A stretch of 59,810 nt of DNA from a virus (taxonomy: Duplodnaviria; Caudoviricetes): the IMG/VR virus record IMGVR_UViG_3300035182_000400, positions 1 through 59,810 of that record; one strand, given 5' to 3'. The notes beneath the pieces were generated by a model. That model did no database searches. It saw only the letters and a list, made by a program, of their open reading frames with translations, and was not told the origin of the DNA. This document shows positions 1 to 9,333 of this stretch, piece after piece; the first letter of the stretch is position 1; every line of letters starts with the position of its first letter. A program made the translations under genes and the position numbers.

Positions 1-852
1 TCGCATATTCAAATCTCCACATTGGTTTTTGTGTTCTTCGATTAGATTCATACACTCTTCTTTAACATCCATTGAAACCATTGTCTTGATTTTTGGAAGT
101 ATGGCTCTCATTCTCTGAATCTTCGTTTCTGTATCCATTGATAAATCAATTGACATACTGCGACTTAGGATAGCTTGGTCAACCTTCCATTGAGGCAGGT
201 TGCTGATAAAGATAATCTGACCCTCAAACTCAAAACTAGATGGCAGGTCATCAGAAAACGAATTAGTTATCCAACTGATAATCCTCTCGTCATAACTATC
301 CAGAGCACCCTTTAAAATATTCTTGGCAACATCATTCTTCAAAACCTCATCGCAATCATCGAATACAATTAACTTATCCGAATTTTCAAACAATGTTCGG
401 TATAATCCCTTTGCAGTAGAGAATCCTTTGATGGTTATATAATCTGAATTCTCTTCTAATTGTCTTTTCTTGATTTCTTGCATCACCGTAAAAGTCTTGC
501 CAAGTCCTCCTTCACCAGTAATTACCATAGAAACAGCAGTTTTCTTAACAACCATACCTACCATATTTTCTAAGAACCTGAACTTGTCGTTGATATCGAA
601 TTGTTTTGGAGGCATCATATGATGAGGTGCATTCGTAACTTGAACAGGACTTGGATGCATATTATTAGAATGAAAATCTACATCCGCATTAATCAATACT
701 TTGATTTTCTCTAGTTTTCTGTCTATTGATTTACCATCTGCTGTTCTAACAGTATGGTATCCATTCTTACCTTCTTTCTCATATTTTCCGAATATGAGCT
801 CACCTGTTCTTAATCTGACCGATACAGATGTTCCTTTCTCTAATTTTTCCAT
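1..852 (-). CDS. AAA+ family ATPase (3'-truncated by window edge; absent from ORF track)
   Basis: Manual translation from ATG at 852: Walker A VITGEGGLGKTF, Walker B IVFDDCD, sensor IIFISN, arginine finger AILSR; frame open to base 1. Confidence 0.85.
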   Translation of the reverse strand, partial: MEKLEKGTSVSVRLRTGELIFGKYEKEGKNGYHTVRTADGKSIDRKLEKIKVLINADVDFHSNNMHPSPVQVTNAPHHMMPPKQFDINDKFRFLENMVGMVVKKTAVSMVITGEGGLGKTFTVMQEIKKRQLEENSDYITIKGFSTAKGLYRTLFENSDKLIVFDDCDEVLKNDVAKNILKGALDSYDERIISWITNSFSDDLPSSFEFEGQIIFISNLPQWKVDQAILSRSMSIDLSMDTETKIQRMRAILPKIKTMVSMDVKEECMNLIEEHKNQCGDLNMR

Positions 853-874
853 TACTAACATTATACAAAACAAA

Positions 875-914
875 AACTGAATGTTATCTATAACTTTGTA
901 AATAACATTCAGTT
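875..914 (-). terminator. Intrinsic terminator
   Basis: 13-bp perfect inverted repeat AACTGAATGTTAT/ATAACATTCAGTT followed by a T-rich tract on the minus strand. Confidence 0.75.
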
Positions 915-939
915 CTATATGAAATATGATTTCTGATTA

Positions 940-1452
940 TCAGAAATTGCGCATTATTGTATCCCATTTATTTGCATCACAATATTCCTTAACCATCTTA
1001 GGTGTAAACTTATGAGCATCTTCGATTTCATGACACCAAGTCGCATATTCACTGCAAACATATTTATCATTCCTTTTGAATTTTGAATTCACATCAGATT
1101 GAAGCCCAACTTTATCTTTCAATATCTCTGACGGCTGTTCCAAGAACAATAATTGCAAGTCGTACTTACTTCCAGATTTAGACATTGCTCTCATTGAAAA
1201 ATATTTCTCTTCCGCAACAAAAGGATTTCTTTGAACCTCAAATTTGTAATCATATTCTGCCATCCAAGTTCCGAATGGTCTTGGCAAAACTCCTTGACGC
1301 TGCGCATCAATTATATATAATTGACCCCAAATTCTTATCGCTACAGCAGTATGAGTTATTTTTGATGCAGTAAAGAATGCGATAAGTTTTGATATTATCC
1401 CATTGCCTTGACAATGCAATAAATCTCCTGTTTTTATATTAGATAAGTCCAT
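940..1452 (-). CDS. Permuted papain-like NlpC/P60 enzyme (YiiX/YaeF-like amidase or acyltransferase)
   Basis: GDLL...ISKLI...THTAV (His) near the N-terminus and YVCSEY (Cys) near the C-terminus, the permuted catalytic order. Confidence 0.8.
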   Translation of the reverse strand: MDLSNIKTGDLLHCQGNGIISKLIAFFTASKITHTAVAIRIWGQLYIIDAQRQGVLPRPFGTWMAEYDYKFEVQRNPFVAEEKYFSMRAMSKSGSKYDLQLLFLEQPSEILKDKVGLQSDVNSKFKRNDKYVCSEYATWCHEIEDAHKFTPKMVKEYCDANKWDTIMRNF

Positions 1453-1463
1453 ATTAAATTAGA

Positions 1464-1781
1464 TTAGTAGTTAGCAGCAATATATTGTGTAATCGTCAAA
1501 TAAATTCTATCCCATAGTTGTTGAGTAACATATCCAGCCACAGGAACTAGCTCACATTTTTCTTTTGCTGTGACCCACCATCCTAATTGAATCGAATTAA
1601 TCACACCTTCAAACGCTGTCTCAATACTTTTATTTACTTCTCTAGGATAATTATTCTGAACAGAATTCAACCTGAGTTCAGCCATTAGAAGATTTAAACT
1701 CTTCATGCCATCAAATTGTCTATTTTCGTAAAGAATGAATTCATCACTAATTACATTCTTATTTTCTAATTGATTTTCCAT
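1464..1781 (-). CDS. Hypothetical protein, possibly fibre-associated chaperone
   Basis: 105-aa ORF directly downstream of the collagen-like fibre gene. Confidence 0.55.
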   Translation of the reverse strand: MENQLENKNVISDEFILYENRQFDGMKSLNLLMAELRLNSVQNNYPREVNKSIETAFEGVINSIQLGWWVTAKEKCELVPVAGYVTQQLWDRIYLTITQYIAANY

Positions 1782-1788
1782 CTTCGTT

Positions 1789-2655
1789 TTAATTATGTAG
1801 ACAATCCATTCTTGAAAATATCAATGACCTTGAACCAGTCACTGTATTCACTATTTGTGCTCCAAAACCTAATTTTGTTGAAGCTGGAACTGTAGCTGTT
1901 ATACTGACTTCAGCAGAACCATTAACAGAAAAATAGTATTTACTCGTATCGTAGTCAACACGTATTTTGAATTTATATATAGTTGAAATTGCTATGACTC
2001 CGAAAGGAATCGTGAATTGTTGAGTAGTTCCGTCATCTACGATTCCAACCCAAGAAACGTCCCCAGCTACACTAGAATATCTGAAAGATATATTTACCCC
2101 TGATTGGTTGTCAGAATTAGTTACTGTTGAACTTATTAGTCCAACCCAGATTCTTTGATTGGTTAGAATAGTTCCAGTCTTCAATACAATTTCAAAATCA
2201 GGATTAGAAGCAACAGGGAAATCAATGAATGAAGATGATTCAATTCCTGCAAATCCTCCTGCTGGACCAGAAGTGTTATACTGTGTCCAATTAGTTACAG
2301 AATCAGCAACATTACTTATCACTCCGAATCCATTAGTGTTGACACCTGATGATAACCTTGTACCACTAGCTGCTCTCACGAAGAAATAAGATTTATCATT
2401 TGCTCTGACTAAACCACCATTAGTCCCATTAGTTCCGTTAGTTCCGTTAGTCCCATTAGTTCCGTTAGTTCCGTTAGTTCCGTTAGTTCCGTTAGTTCCG
2501 TTAGTGCCGTTAGTTCCAGGCTCTCCTTGTTCTCCTTGTTCTCCTTGTTCTCCTTTTGGACCAGGCTCTCCTTGGTCACCCTTTGGACCAGGTGTTCCAG
2601 CACCTGTGTCTTTCTTTCTTAACTTACCTAATATAACGTCAAATGTAATAGCCAT
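1789..2655 (-). CDS. Collagen-like virion fibre or decoration protein
   Basis: Gly-X-Y run (GPK-GDQ-GEP-GPK-GEQ...) continuing as (GTN)11, then a beta-rich globular C-terminal domain. Confidence 0.75.
   Translation of the reverse strand: MAITFDVILGKLRKKDTGAGTPGPKGDQGEPGPKGEQGEQGEQGEPGTNGTNGTNGTNGTNGTNGTNGTNGTNGTNGTNGGLVRANDKSYFFVRAASGTRLSSGVNTNGFGVISNVADSVTNWTQYNTSGPAGGFAGIESSSFIDFPVASNPDFEIVLKTGTILTNQRIWVGLISSTVTNSDNQSGVNISFRYSSVAGDVSWVGIVDDGTTQQFTIPFGVIAISTIYKFKIRVDYDTSKYYFSVNGSAEVSITATVPASTKLGFGAQIVNTVTGSRSLIFSRMDCLHN
2419..2517 (-). repeat. 9-bp tandem repeat x11 encoding (Gly-Thr-Asn)11
   Basis: Eleven units of [AG]TTAGT[TCG]CC on the plus strand, counted directly. Confidence 0.95.
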
Positions 2656-2906
2656 TATCTTGCGTATGATAGTGATGCTCTGTCAGACCACTTGTTTTTA
2701 AACTCCGTAGAACCTGTTGCATATTCTGGAGTAGTCAAACCTCCTGCTTCAGTGATTCGAATAATCAACCATTCAGGCTTATCGAATCCGATGCCCAATC
2801 TTTTACAATATCCGATGTAAGTAACACTACCTACAACTTCTGTCATAGGTAGTGGAACACTTTGGTCGAAATTTAAAAAAGTCGGTGCTAATTTACTTCC
2901 AAACAT
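2655..2906 (-). CDS. Small hypothetical virion-associated protein
   Basis: 83-aa ORF whose stop overlaps the fibre start; WLIIRI...FKNKWSDRASLSY ending. Confidence 0.6.
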   Translation of the reverse strand: MFGSKLAPTFLNFDQSVPLPMTEVVGSVTYIGYCKRLGIGFDKPEWLIIRITEAGGLTTPEYATGSTEFKNKWSDRASLSYAR

Positions 2907-2916
2907 ATCTTTATTT

Positions 2917-3762
2917 TTAGAATTTTAATGCTAACATTTGTCTTGCAGTCAATTCGTATTCTTTCTTATCATCAAGATGATTAGCATACAAATCAATCAT
3001 TTTCAATTCAGCACAAGAGTTAATCCACTTATCTACAAGTTCGTTGTATTTTCTGTTCTCTTCTGCTTCCTCAGGTGTATTGCAAGCACGACAACTTTCT
3101 TCAGACTCAGAAACGTCATGCATAGAATTACCAGTATTATAATAGGTTTGATTCCAATTAAATACTTTATAAGGAACAACTACAGATTCTCTGTTCCCCC
3201 ATAAGTTGGGTTTTTCAGTTGGAGACATAGTAAGATGCTCTAGTGCTTCTTCAATATCTTCTGCTAACTTAGAATTTTCTGATGTTTCTAACACCTTAGC
3301 CAGTGCGAACTGTGCTTTTATATCTTTACCAGATTTCTTAAAAACAATCTTGTCTGACCACTCAAAAGCATCCATATGTGATTTTTCAAGTGCTTCACCA
3401 TCCTCACCTTTTTGCAGTTCTTCAACTTGCTTAGATTTCTCCATAACAAAAACATAACGTTCCATTCCTGGACCATCATTGATGAATACTCTATCAAGTT
3501 TTTGCATGTCACTTTTAGCCTTTTCTAAAATGCTGTTTACTTCTGCAGTATCATTAAATCCTCCCTTGATAATTTCACCACCTGTCGCTTCAGCAACATT
3601 TTTGACGAAATTGTCGATTCCTGCTTTCTCAAGAATAACAAATTTATCTTCTGGGAACGCAGAATTGAACTCCTGAGTTGAGTATGACTTTTCAATATTA
3701 GTAAATCCGCTCATGTTTAATCTATGAGAGAATTTATTTGAATCTAAGAACAAGTTTTCCAT
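2917..3762 (-). CDS. Putative internal head or scaffold-like protein with repeated maturation motifs
   Basis: Acidic 281-aa ORF with IEKS, LEKA, IIKG, LEKA, MEKS, LQKG, LEKS in the N-terminal half. Confidence 0.55.
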   Translation of the reverse strand: MENLFLDSNKFSHRLNMSGFTNIEKSYSTQEFNSAFPEDKFVILEKAGIDNFVKNVAEATGGEIIKGGFNDTAEVNSILEKAKSDMQKLDRVFINDGPGMERYVFVMEKSKQVEELQKGEDGEALEKSHMDAFEWSDKIVFKKSGKDIKAQFALAKVLETSENSKLAEDIEEALEHLTMSPTEKPNLWGNRESVVVPYKVFNWNQTYYNTGNSMHDVSESEESCRACNTPEEAEENRKYNELVDKWINSCAELKMIDLYANHLDDKKEYELTARQMLALKF

Positions 3763-3807
3763 TTTTTATCGTTTTAACCACTTAATATCTGTATGACCAG
3801 ATAACAT

Positions 3808-3838
3808 AAAAATTGACGATATACTTAAACATCGTCAA
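3808..3838 (-). terminator. Intrinsic terminator
   Basis: TTGACGAT/ATCGTCAA stem followed by a T tract on the minus strand. Confidence 0.65.
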
Positions 3839-3866
3839 CTTCTAAGAATTAATCAACCTGTGAAAC

Positions 3867-4646
3867 TTAGCCTATCATCTTTCTTTGAATCGGCTTAGAA
3901 CTTTCAACACCTTTATTTATACCTACATTTTTTCCTGTTTCAACTCCTTGACTATATGCACCACCTGCATAACTACTTTTAGTCGAACTTGAACGACCTG
4001 ATTCACCGTATTTTTTTGATACAAATTGTGTCAATGCTATTTCGTTTCCTCTGACTATTGATAGTGCCGTACAACCCAATTCTGCAACTGCCTCCTCAGT
4101 ACTATTCTCTTTTACGAATTTTTCCATTTCTGCTCTTAATTTTTCGTAAAGTCCATCTGCACAACCTCTTATGAACGTCCTTAGATATGTATCTAATCCG
4201 ACAGGTGTAGTATAAACCATTACAGAAGGCAAATACTCTTCTTTGTATTTCTTCTTTCCTACTCTAAGGAATACTGGAGTAACAACAGAATGAATATATT
4301 TACACATTTCTATGTTTTGAGCAGTTCCAATAATAATCATCTTATTATTTTTACCTTTTCCGATTATGTAAGCCTTACACCAATTTGTTCTAGCAATCGC
4401 ACTATAAATCCAGAAATTTGTTCTACTCCCTACTGAAGGAATCTTCAGAGCAAATTCGGCATCCATAACTTCGTTGTCTTCTTTGTCGACCTGAATCTGA
4501 TTGACCGAAATATTGTATTTGTTCAACAGATTTTGAATCTTAGTCGCAAACGCTTCTGCTTCTGCTATCGAACCCATCTCCAAAGCAGAACTTTGGTGGG
4601 CCATCAATTTCTTGATTTTATCTAGTATGTCTTTATGATTTTCCAT
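3867..4646 (-). CDS. DUF2786-domain protein
   Basis: N-terminal ILDKIKKLMA...AEAEAFATKIQNLLNKYNI pattern; C-terminal AYSQGVETGKNV pattern typical of the family. Confidence 0.75.
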   Translation of the reverse strand: MENHKDILDKIKKLMAHQSSALEMGSIAEAEAFATKIQNLLNKYNISVNQIQVDKEDNEVMDAEFALKIPSVGSRTNFWIYSAIARTNWCKAYIIGKGKNNKMIIIGTAQNIEMCKYIHSVVTPVFLRVGKKKYKEEYLPSVMVYTTPVGLDTYLRTFIRGCADGLYEKLRAEMEKFVKENSTEEAVAELGCTALSIVRGNEIALTQFVSKKYGESGRSSSTKSSYAGGAYSQGVETGKNVGINKGVESSKPIQRKMIG

Positions 4647-4648
4647 GA

Positions 4649-4774
4649 TTAACCTCCTATTAATGTTACTAAATAATACATTCCGAATATCATTGATAGC
4701 ATTGCTACTCCTCCGATAAATTGCAACGGCTCATTCACCGCAACCTTATATAATGTTTTTATCATTGTTTTCAT
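4649..4774 (-). CDS. Small membrane protein (41 aa)
   Basis: Manual translation MKTMIKTLYKVAVNEPLQFIGGVAMLSMIFGMYYLVTLIGG; fills the gap between neighbours. Confidence 0.6.
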   Translation of the reverse strand: MKTMIKTLYKVAVNEPLQFIGGVAMLSMIFGMYYLVTLIGG

Positions 4775-4796
4775 AATATAAATAACTTTGTTAATA

Positions 4797-5054
4797 TTAA
4801 TCTTGTAAGAAATCTCCTATATACAACCCTCCATCCTCAAACTTAGGCTCGTATTCTTTATGGCTGTCAATCATGTCATCCAATTCAAAGAAGTCTGTAG
4901 AAGCAGCCAACTTTAATTCGTGACAAAGCACTATTACAGGATACTCATCACCTCTTAAAGGATGTTCAACAAATATGATTTCTTGACCGATACTGTTTGT
5001 CATTCTGCCATACTCAGTAGGGTTATTCGATACTAATTTTTCGTAATTTAACAT
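4797..5054 (-). CDS. Hypothetical early protein
   Basis: 85-aa acidic ORF directly downstream of repeated promoter copy 1. Confidence 0.7.
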   Translation of the reverse strand: MLNYEKLVSNNPTEYGRMTNSIGQEIIFVEHPLRGDEYPVIVLCHELKLAASTDFFELDDMIDSHKEYEPKFEDGGLYIGDFLQD

Positions 5055-5077
5055 GATATTAAGATTTTACAGTTTAC

Positions 5078-5152
5078 ATTAATTCTTAAACGAAGTTCTA
5101 TATAATTTTTTATATAGCAATGAAAGAATTCAATTATTTTGTAAAATATTTT
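5078..5152 (-). promoter_or_regulatory. Repeated host-type (Bacteroidota sigmaA-like) early promoter, copy 1
   Basis: Minus strand TTG(5120-5118)-N19-GAACTTCG(5098-5091), same spacing as TTG-N19-TAnnTTTG; 47 bp identical to 19608-19654. Confidence 0.8.
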
Positions 5153-5163
5153 TGGTTAAATTG

Positions 5164-5189
5164 AAAAAGCCTAACTTTCGCTAGGCTTT
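5164..5189 (-). terminator. Intrinsic terminator
   Basis: AAAGCCTAGC-GAAA-GTTAGGCTTTTT on the minus strand (GNRA loop plus U tract). Confidence 0.8.
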
Positions 5190-5207
5190 GTATAAGAAAA
5201 TATTTTG

Positions 5208-6386
5208 TTATTTTATCTTGCCTATTCCTTCTGCTATCAAAGAGGCAGCATGTAGCCATTCATATGCTCTAAGTGATTGTTTGAAATCTAATTCTGGCTT
5301 CTCCTTTGACCATTGACTGTCATAATATCCATCCTTTGCTAATTTATGTTTGGATATTAAATCTTTTTGCATTGTTATAGATTTAGAATCTTCTTCTGCA
5401 GTATCATTAAATCCAGTACTGTTGTCTAAGTTAGCTATATTGCTCCCTTGACCTTTATCATTGTATTTTATGACTTCAAGTTCGCTGAATTTGTTGTCTC
5501 TTCTTCTTCCAGATGACATTTTTTCGCCTGTTTTTGCTTCTACTCTGTATTCCACACCATCTACAGAAAAATCTAACCTAGTGAAATTCGGTTGATTATA
5601 ACTACCCCAAGCACCTCCTTGACTAGAGTATTGTTTTAATGATACATCCGTTATCTTCTTATCCTTGAATTTTTCCTGCAAAACATTTGAAATATCTGAA
5701 GTCATAGTCTTTTCAAATTTATCTGTGTATCCATGTTCAGCATTCATACGAGAACCAGATAATTTCAAATCCTTTAAAGTCTTTTTATTTTCATCTGAAT
5801 AATCATCAACTTGTCCGACTTGACCATCTTCGTCAAATGGAATTGAGTAATGCTCCTCATATTTATCCTTATCAGCTTGTGTGAATTTGCCTAAATAATC
5901 TGATTCTTTTTGATATAAAACTTTCAACCTCTTTTCAGAAGCATCTTTCTTTATACCATTAAATGTCGTTCCTTGACTATATTTTTTCAATGTCTTTTCT
6001 TCTTCTTCAATTTTAGCGACATTCTTCAAATAGTTAGAAAATACAGATTTGCCTGAACTATCAATTTTATCAGTGGTTGTACTTGCTGAAGCAGGTGGGG
6101 TTGCGCTTGACGTGGAAGCAGAACCTTGTGTTTGAGCATCACTAGAACTCTTAGGTGTTGATTTTGCGCTTTGTCTACGCCAGTCAAACTTTCCGTTAGG
6201 TAATTGAGTCCAAACACGTGTTATTCCATCCTTACCAACTTTAGTTTCACCAGTATTTCTTGCTTTTTCTAAATCATCAGAAGATTCCTGTTGAGCAAAC
6301 TGTAAAGGGTGTGATGAAACAAAACCCTTCATGATATTATTTTTACGCTCTTCAATTTTATTTTGTATAGACTTTTCGATATCCAT
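5208..6386 (-). CDS. Putative internal head or ejection protein with conserved N-terminal leader
   Basis: Leader MDIEKSIQNKIEERKNNIMKGF...DDLEKA shared with the neighbouring gene; Ser/Thr-rich linker; next to terL. Confidence 0.6.
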   Translation of the reverse strand: MDIEKSIQNKIEERKNNIMKGFVSSHPLQFAQQESSDDLEKARNTGETKVGKDGITRVWTQLPNGKFDWRRQSAKSTPKSSSDAQTQGSASTSSATPPASASTTTDKIDSSGKSVFSNYLKNVAKIEEEEKTLKKYSQGTTFNGIKKDASEKRLKVLYQKESDYLGKFTQADKDKYEEHYSIPFDEDGQVGQVDDYSDENKKTLKDLKLSGSRMNAEHGYTDKFEKTMTSDISNVLQEKFKDKKITDVSLKQYSSQGGAWGSYNQPNFTRLDFSVDGVEYRVEAKTGEKMSSGRRRDNKFSELEVIKYNDKGQGSNIANLDNSTGFNDTAEEDSKSITMQKDLISKHKLAKDGYYDSQWSKEKPELDFKQSLRAYEWLHAASLIAEGIGKIK

Positions 6387-6398
6387 GATTGTTAATTG

Positions 6399-6995
6399 TT
6401 AATTGTTAAGATATTTATGTTTCTTCTTCATAGCGTCAATCTTATCGTCTAACTCGCCCAATTTACCACCGTATTCATTAGCATGAGCGTCAGTCCAAGC
6501 ATCACCTAGTTCTCCAGCTTCCTGATTCATATCAGAATCTAGCTGTCTTTTTTGCTCTAACAGGTCTTTGAACTCTTCTTGCTTTTCTTGTTTTTTGCTT
6601 TCTTTGGAGTTTGGATTCATATACCAAGGCTCTTTAGGTTTTGAAGTTCCTGGCGCTTTTCTAGGCTCTGGGTTGGTGAACTCAATCTTGTTTTCATAAA
6701 GAACTTTACTGTTAAACTTCTTAGTGTTTCCCTTAGAATCAGCAACAGTCATAATTGAGCCATCAATTTCACTTACAGTAAATTCACTTTTACCTACTTT
6801 GAACTTGCTTCCCTTTTTGGGTTTTTTAACTGGCTCCCATTTATCTTTATCTACCTTTTTGTAACTGCCTGATATTGTTCCTATTGGGGCTGATTTTCTT
6901 CCTTTCTCTAAATCATCATATCCTGCAAATCCTTTCATAATATTGTTCTTTCTTTCTTCAATATTATTTTGTATTGATTTTTTGATATCATCCAT
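6399..6995 (-). CDS. Putative internal head or ejection protein with conserved N-terminal leader
   Basis: Leader MDDIKKSIQNNIEERKNNIMKGF...DDLEKG; Lys-rich body. Confidence 0.6.
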   Translation of the reverse strand: MDDIKKSIQNNIEERKNNIMKGFAGYDDLEKGRKSAPIGTISGSYKKVDKDKWEPVKKPKKGSKFKVGKSEFTVSEIDGSIMTVADSKGNTKKFNSKVLYENKIEFTNPEPRKAPGTSKPKEPWYMNPNSKESKKQEKQEEFKDLLEQKRQLDSDMNQEAGELGDAWTDAHANEYGGKLGELDDKIDAMKKKHKYLNN

Positions 6996-7024
6996 GTCTT
7001 CTATTTTTATTTTTATAATAGGTG

Positions 7025-8707
7025 TTACAAGAATCTAAAGTTGAATCCTTCCGTAAGTTTCTTAGCAGCTACAGATGTTAACCAAAGACTCATAGCTTGG
7101 TCATCATGCTCACCAACTCCTTCAAGTCCTTTATCTGTCCAAGTCACTGAAGAAAGTTCTAATGCTAAAGAATCTCCTATGTCCTTTGACTCTTGATTGC
7201 CTCTTGGACATCTTATTTTACCTCGTTCATAAAGTATTGCTAGTCCTGGTAAACCTGCCTTTAAATCGTATTTGTTCTTGCCTGTGGTATGACCCTGAAC
7301 TGGTAGTCCAGCTTTCTCAGATTCTTGAACAAATATTTGCTGAAATACGTTATCCTCCATAACCATTATATCAGGTTGAAAGGATTGATTTATACCCTTT
7401 AGAACTGCTAATTGTTCAGCGAATGTTTTGCCTTTAAATCTGGTAATATTCATAAGCCATATGTTATCATTCTCATCTATACCAGCCGTTATAATTACGG
7501 TATAATCGGCACCAACCGAACTAGATATTGAGAAATCGACACCTACAACTACTCTATCAAAAGTTCTCTTGAAGGCACTTCTGCTTCTAACAAAAGTGTA
7601 GTCTTCCATTCTAACATAAGATAGTTCAATTATGCTTTGAGGGAAAATAGTTGACTCATTGGTAACAGGTCTACATAAATTCTCTCTTGAGAAAATCATG
7701 TTTCCTTGAGTTTCTTTCTTGTCCATTAACCCTTCAAAACCCCAACGCTCACGCCATAAGATTCTACCATCAGGAAATATTGCAGGATACTCTCGGACAT
7801 GCCAATTTTGCTTTGTCTTCAAATCTCCATATAAATCGTTCGAGTGAAAAGGTGTTCCAACTACCCCAACCTGACCGTCAGGAACAATCATGTTCATAAT
7901 TACGGCATGGAAATAATCTATTGATTTCTTTCTTTGTACTGACGAATAAATTACGTTATCCTTCAATCCATCATCAATCATAATGTAACCTGGGTGAGCA
8001 CCACGAACTGACGACCCAAAACCTTTAGTTGTTACCCTAGCTCCATTCTTGGCTACGATGTCTGTTTTAGCCCAACCATCACCACGACCTGGAAATAATT
8101 TATCTCTCAGTTCATCATTTTCTTCGATAGTTGATTTTAGAATATCTAAAAGGTCAACTGCTTGTTGTTGAGAAAACGAAAACAAATAACCTCTCTTTGA
8201 TAACGCTAAATCTTTTCTTGGACGTCCGAAACCAACGACAGGCTGATAACGGTACATCTTCCAAGCAAAATAAGCATTAGCAAAGAAATATGATTTTCCG
8301 TGGTCACGTGCTGCAATTACATTAAACTTATTATGTCTTTGAGCAATGTCTCCCCATTCCAAGTGATGCCAATTTAAGTCGAAATTTGGCATCTTCGACA
8401 GTATGAAGTAAGTTAGATTTTCAATACATAAAGTTTCTTCTATTGTAGAAGTCAAGTGGTCCATGTAACCTAACTTAGCATCAATAGCATTTTTCTTCCC
8501 ATAAAGAACACCGTATGTTTCTTCGATTATGATTTTGTAAATTTCGTCTACATCACTTTCATAACCTCCCATGAGTTCCTTCAATCCTGTGTCATCAAGA
8601 TTTGTTATGACCTCATCGAGAATACGATATGCCTCATCCATCTTTTCAATAGACAAGGCATTGCCAAACTTCCCTAGAATCGAATAATCTTCATCTTCTA
8701 AGAACAT
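7025..8707 (-). CDS. terL: Terminase large subunit
   Basis: Walker A AARDHGKS, VRGAHP, Walker B IMIDD, coupling motif VGTP, nuclease VGVDFS...DYT and HDDQAMS. Confidence 0.95.
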   Translation of the reverse strand: MFLEDEDYSILGKFGNALSIEKMDEAYRILDEVITNLDDTGLKELMGGYESDVDEIYKIIIEETYGVLYGKKNAIDAKLGYMDHLTSTIEETLCIENLTYFILSKMPNFDLNWHHLEWGDIAQRHNKFNVIAARDHGKSYFFANAYFAWKMYRYQPVVGFGRPRKDLALSKRGYLFSFSQQQAVDLLDILKSTIEENDELRDKLFPGRGDGWAKTDIVAKNGARVTTKGFGSSVRGAHPGYIMIDDGLKDNVIYSSVQRKKSIDYFHAVIMNMIVPDGQVGVVGTPFHSNDLYGDLKTKQNWHVREYPAIFPDGRILWRERWGFEGLMDKKETQGNMIFSRENLCRPVTNESTIFPQSIIELSYVRMEDYTFVRSRSAFKRTFDRVVVGVDFSISSSVGADYTVIITAGIDENDNIWLMNITRFKGKTFAEQLAVLKGINQSFQPDIMVMEDNVFQQIFVQESEKAGLPVQGHTTGKNKYDLKAGLPGLAILYERGKIRCPRGNQESKDIGDSLALELSSVTWTDKGLEGVGEHDDQAMSLWLTSVAAKKLTEGFNFRFL

Positions 8708-8711
8708 ATCA

Positions 8712-9329
8712 TCAGAATGTTACTTTCAAACTCTTTTTCAAGGCTTCTATTTTCTTTGAATCAATTGACCCTTTAGAACTAATCTGAAGTGAAATCAATT
8801 GACCTAAGGCAAAATCCAATGTTCTTTGAATCTCTACTTTTCTATTATCAATGATTTTTTGTTTATCAACGATAATTTTTAACGATTCTCTTTTGCCTTC
8901 ATTCCAAGATACAAAACCGAACATATCTAAAGTAGAAATAACTTCATTGAATTTCGTCCAAGATAGGCTTGTAGCTTTCTTCAAAGAAGATAATCTAACA
9001 AATCCTTTGTCAAAACCTTCTCCAAATCTACCCATAAACTCCATAGCTAAAGATTCAGCACGTTGTTTATGTCGGTCATCATCTAGGAATGATTCAACCT
9101 CCTCTTCTCTTTGTCGACCAACTCTACTTCCAACTATCAAATCCATCTCATCTTTCGATAATACAATTAATGTACAATCTTTTTGAGATTTCATATATTT
9201 AGTGATTCGGTCAACCTCTTCTGTTTGTCCTAAGAACAAGAACTTTTGCTTAACCTCTTTTACAATTGGAGTTTTGTCCTCCTGAATCGTTTCCATCGTT
9301 GTCGTTTCTTCGACAGTTGAATCTTCCAT
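8712..9329 (-). CDS. Hypothetical protein, possible winged-helix
   Basis: 205-aa ORF tightly packed between dnaQ and terL. Confidence 0.6.
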   Translation of the reverse strand: MEDSTVEETTTMETIQEDKTPIVKEVKQKFLFLGQTEEVDRITKYMKSQKDCTLIVLSKDEMDLIVGSRVGRQREEEVESFLDDDRHKQRAESLAMEFMGRFGEGFDKGFVRLSSLKKATSLSWTKFNEVISTLDMFGFVSWNEGKRESLKIIVDKQKIIDNRKVEIQRTLDFALGQLISLQISSKGSIDSKKIEALKKSLKVTF

Positions 9330-9333
9330 ACAA

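Noticed and set aside
2419-2517. Tandem repeat as a CRISPR array
   Set aside because: Units are 9 bp with no spacers and are in-frame Gly-Thr-Asn codons; no cas genes are present.
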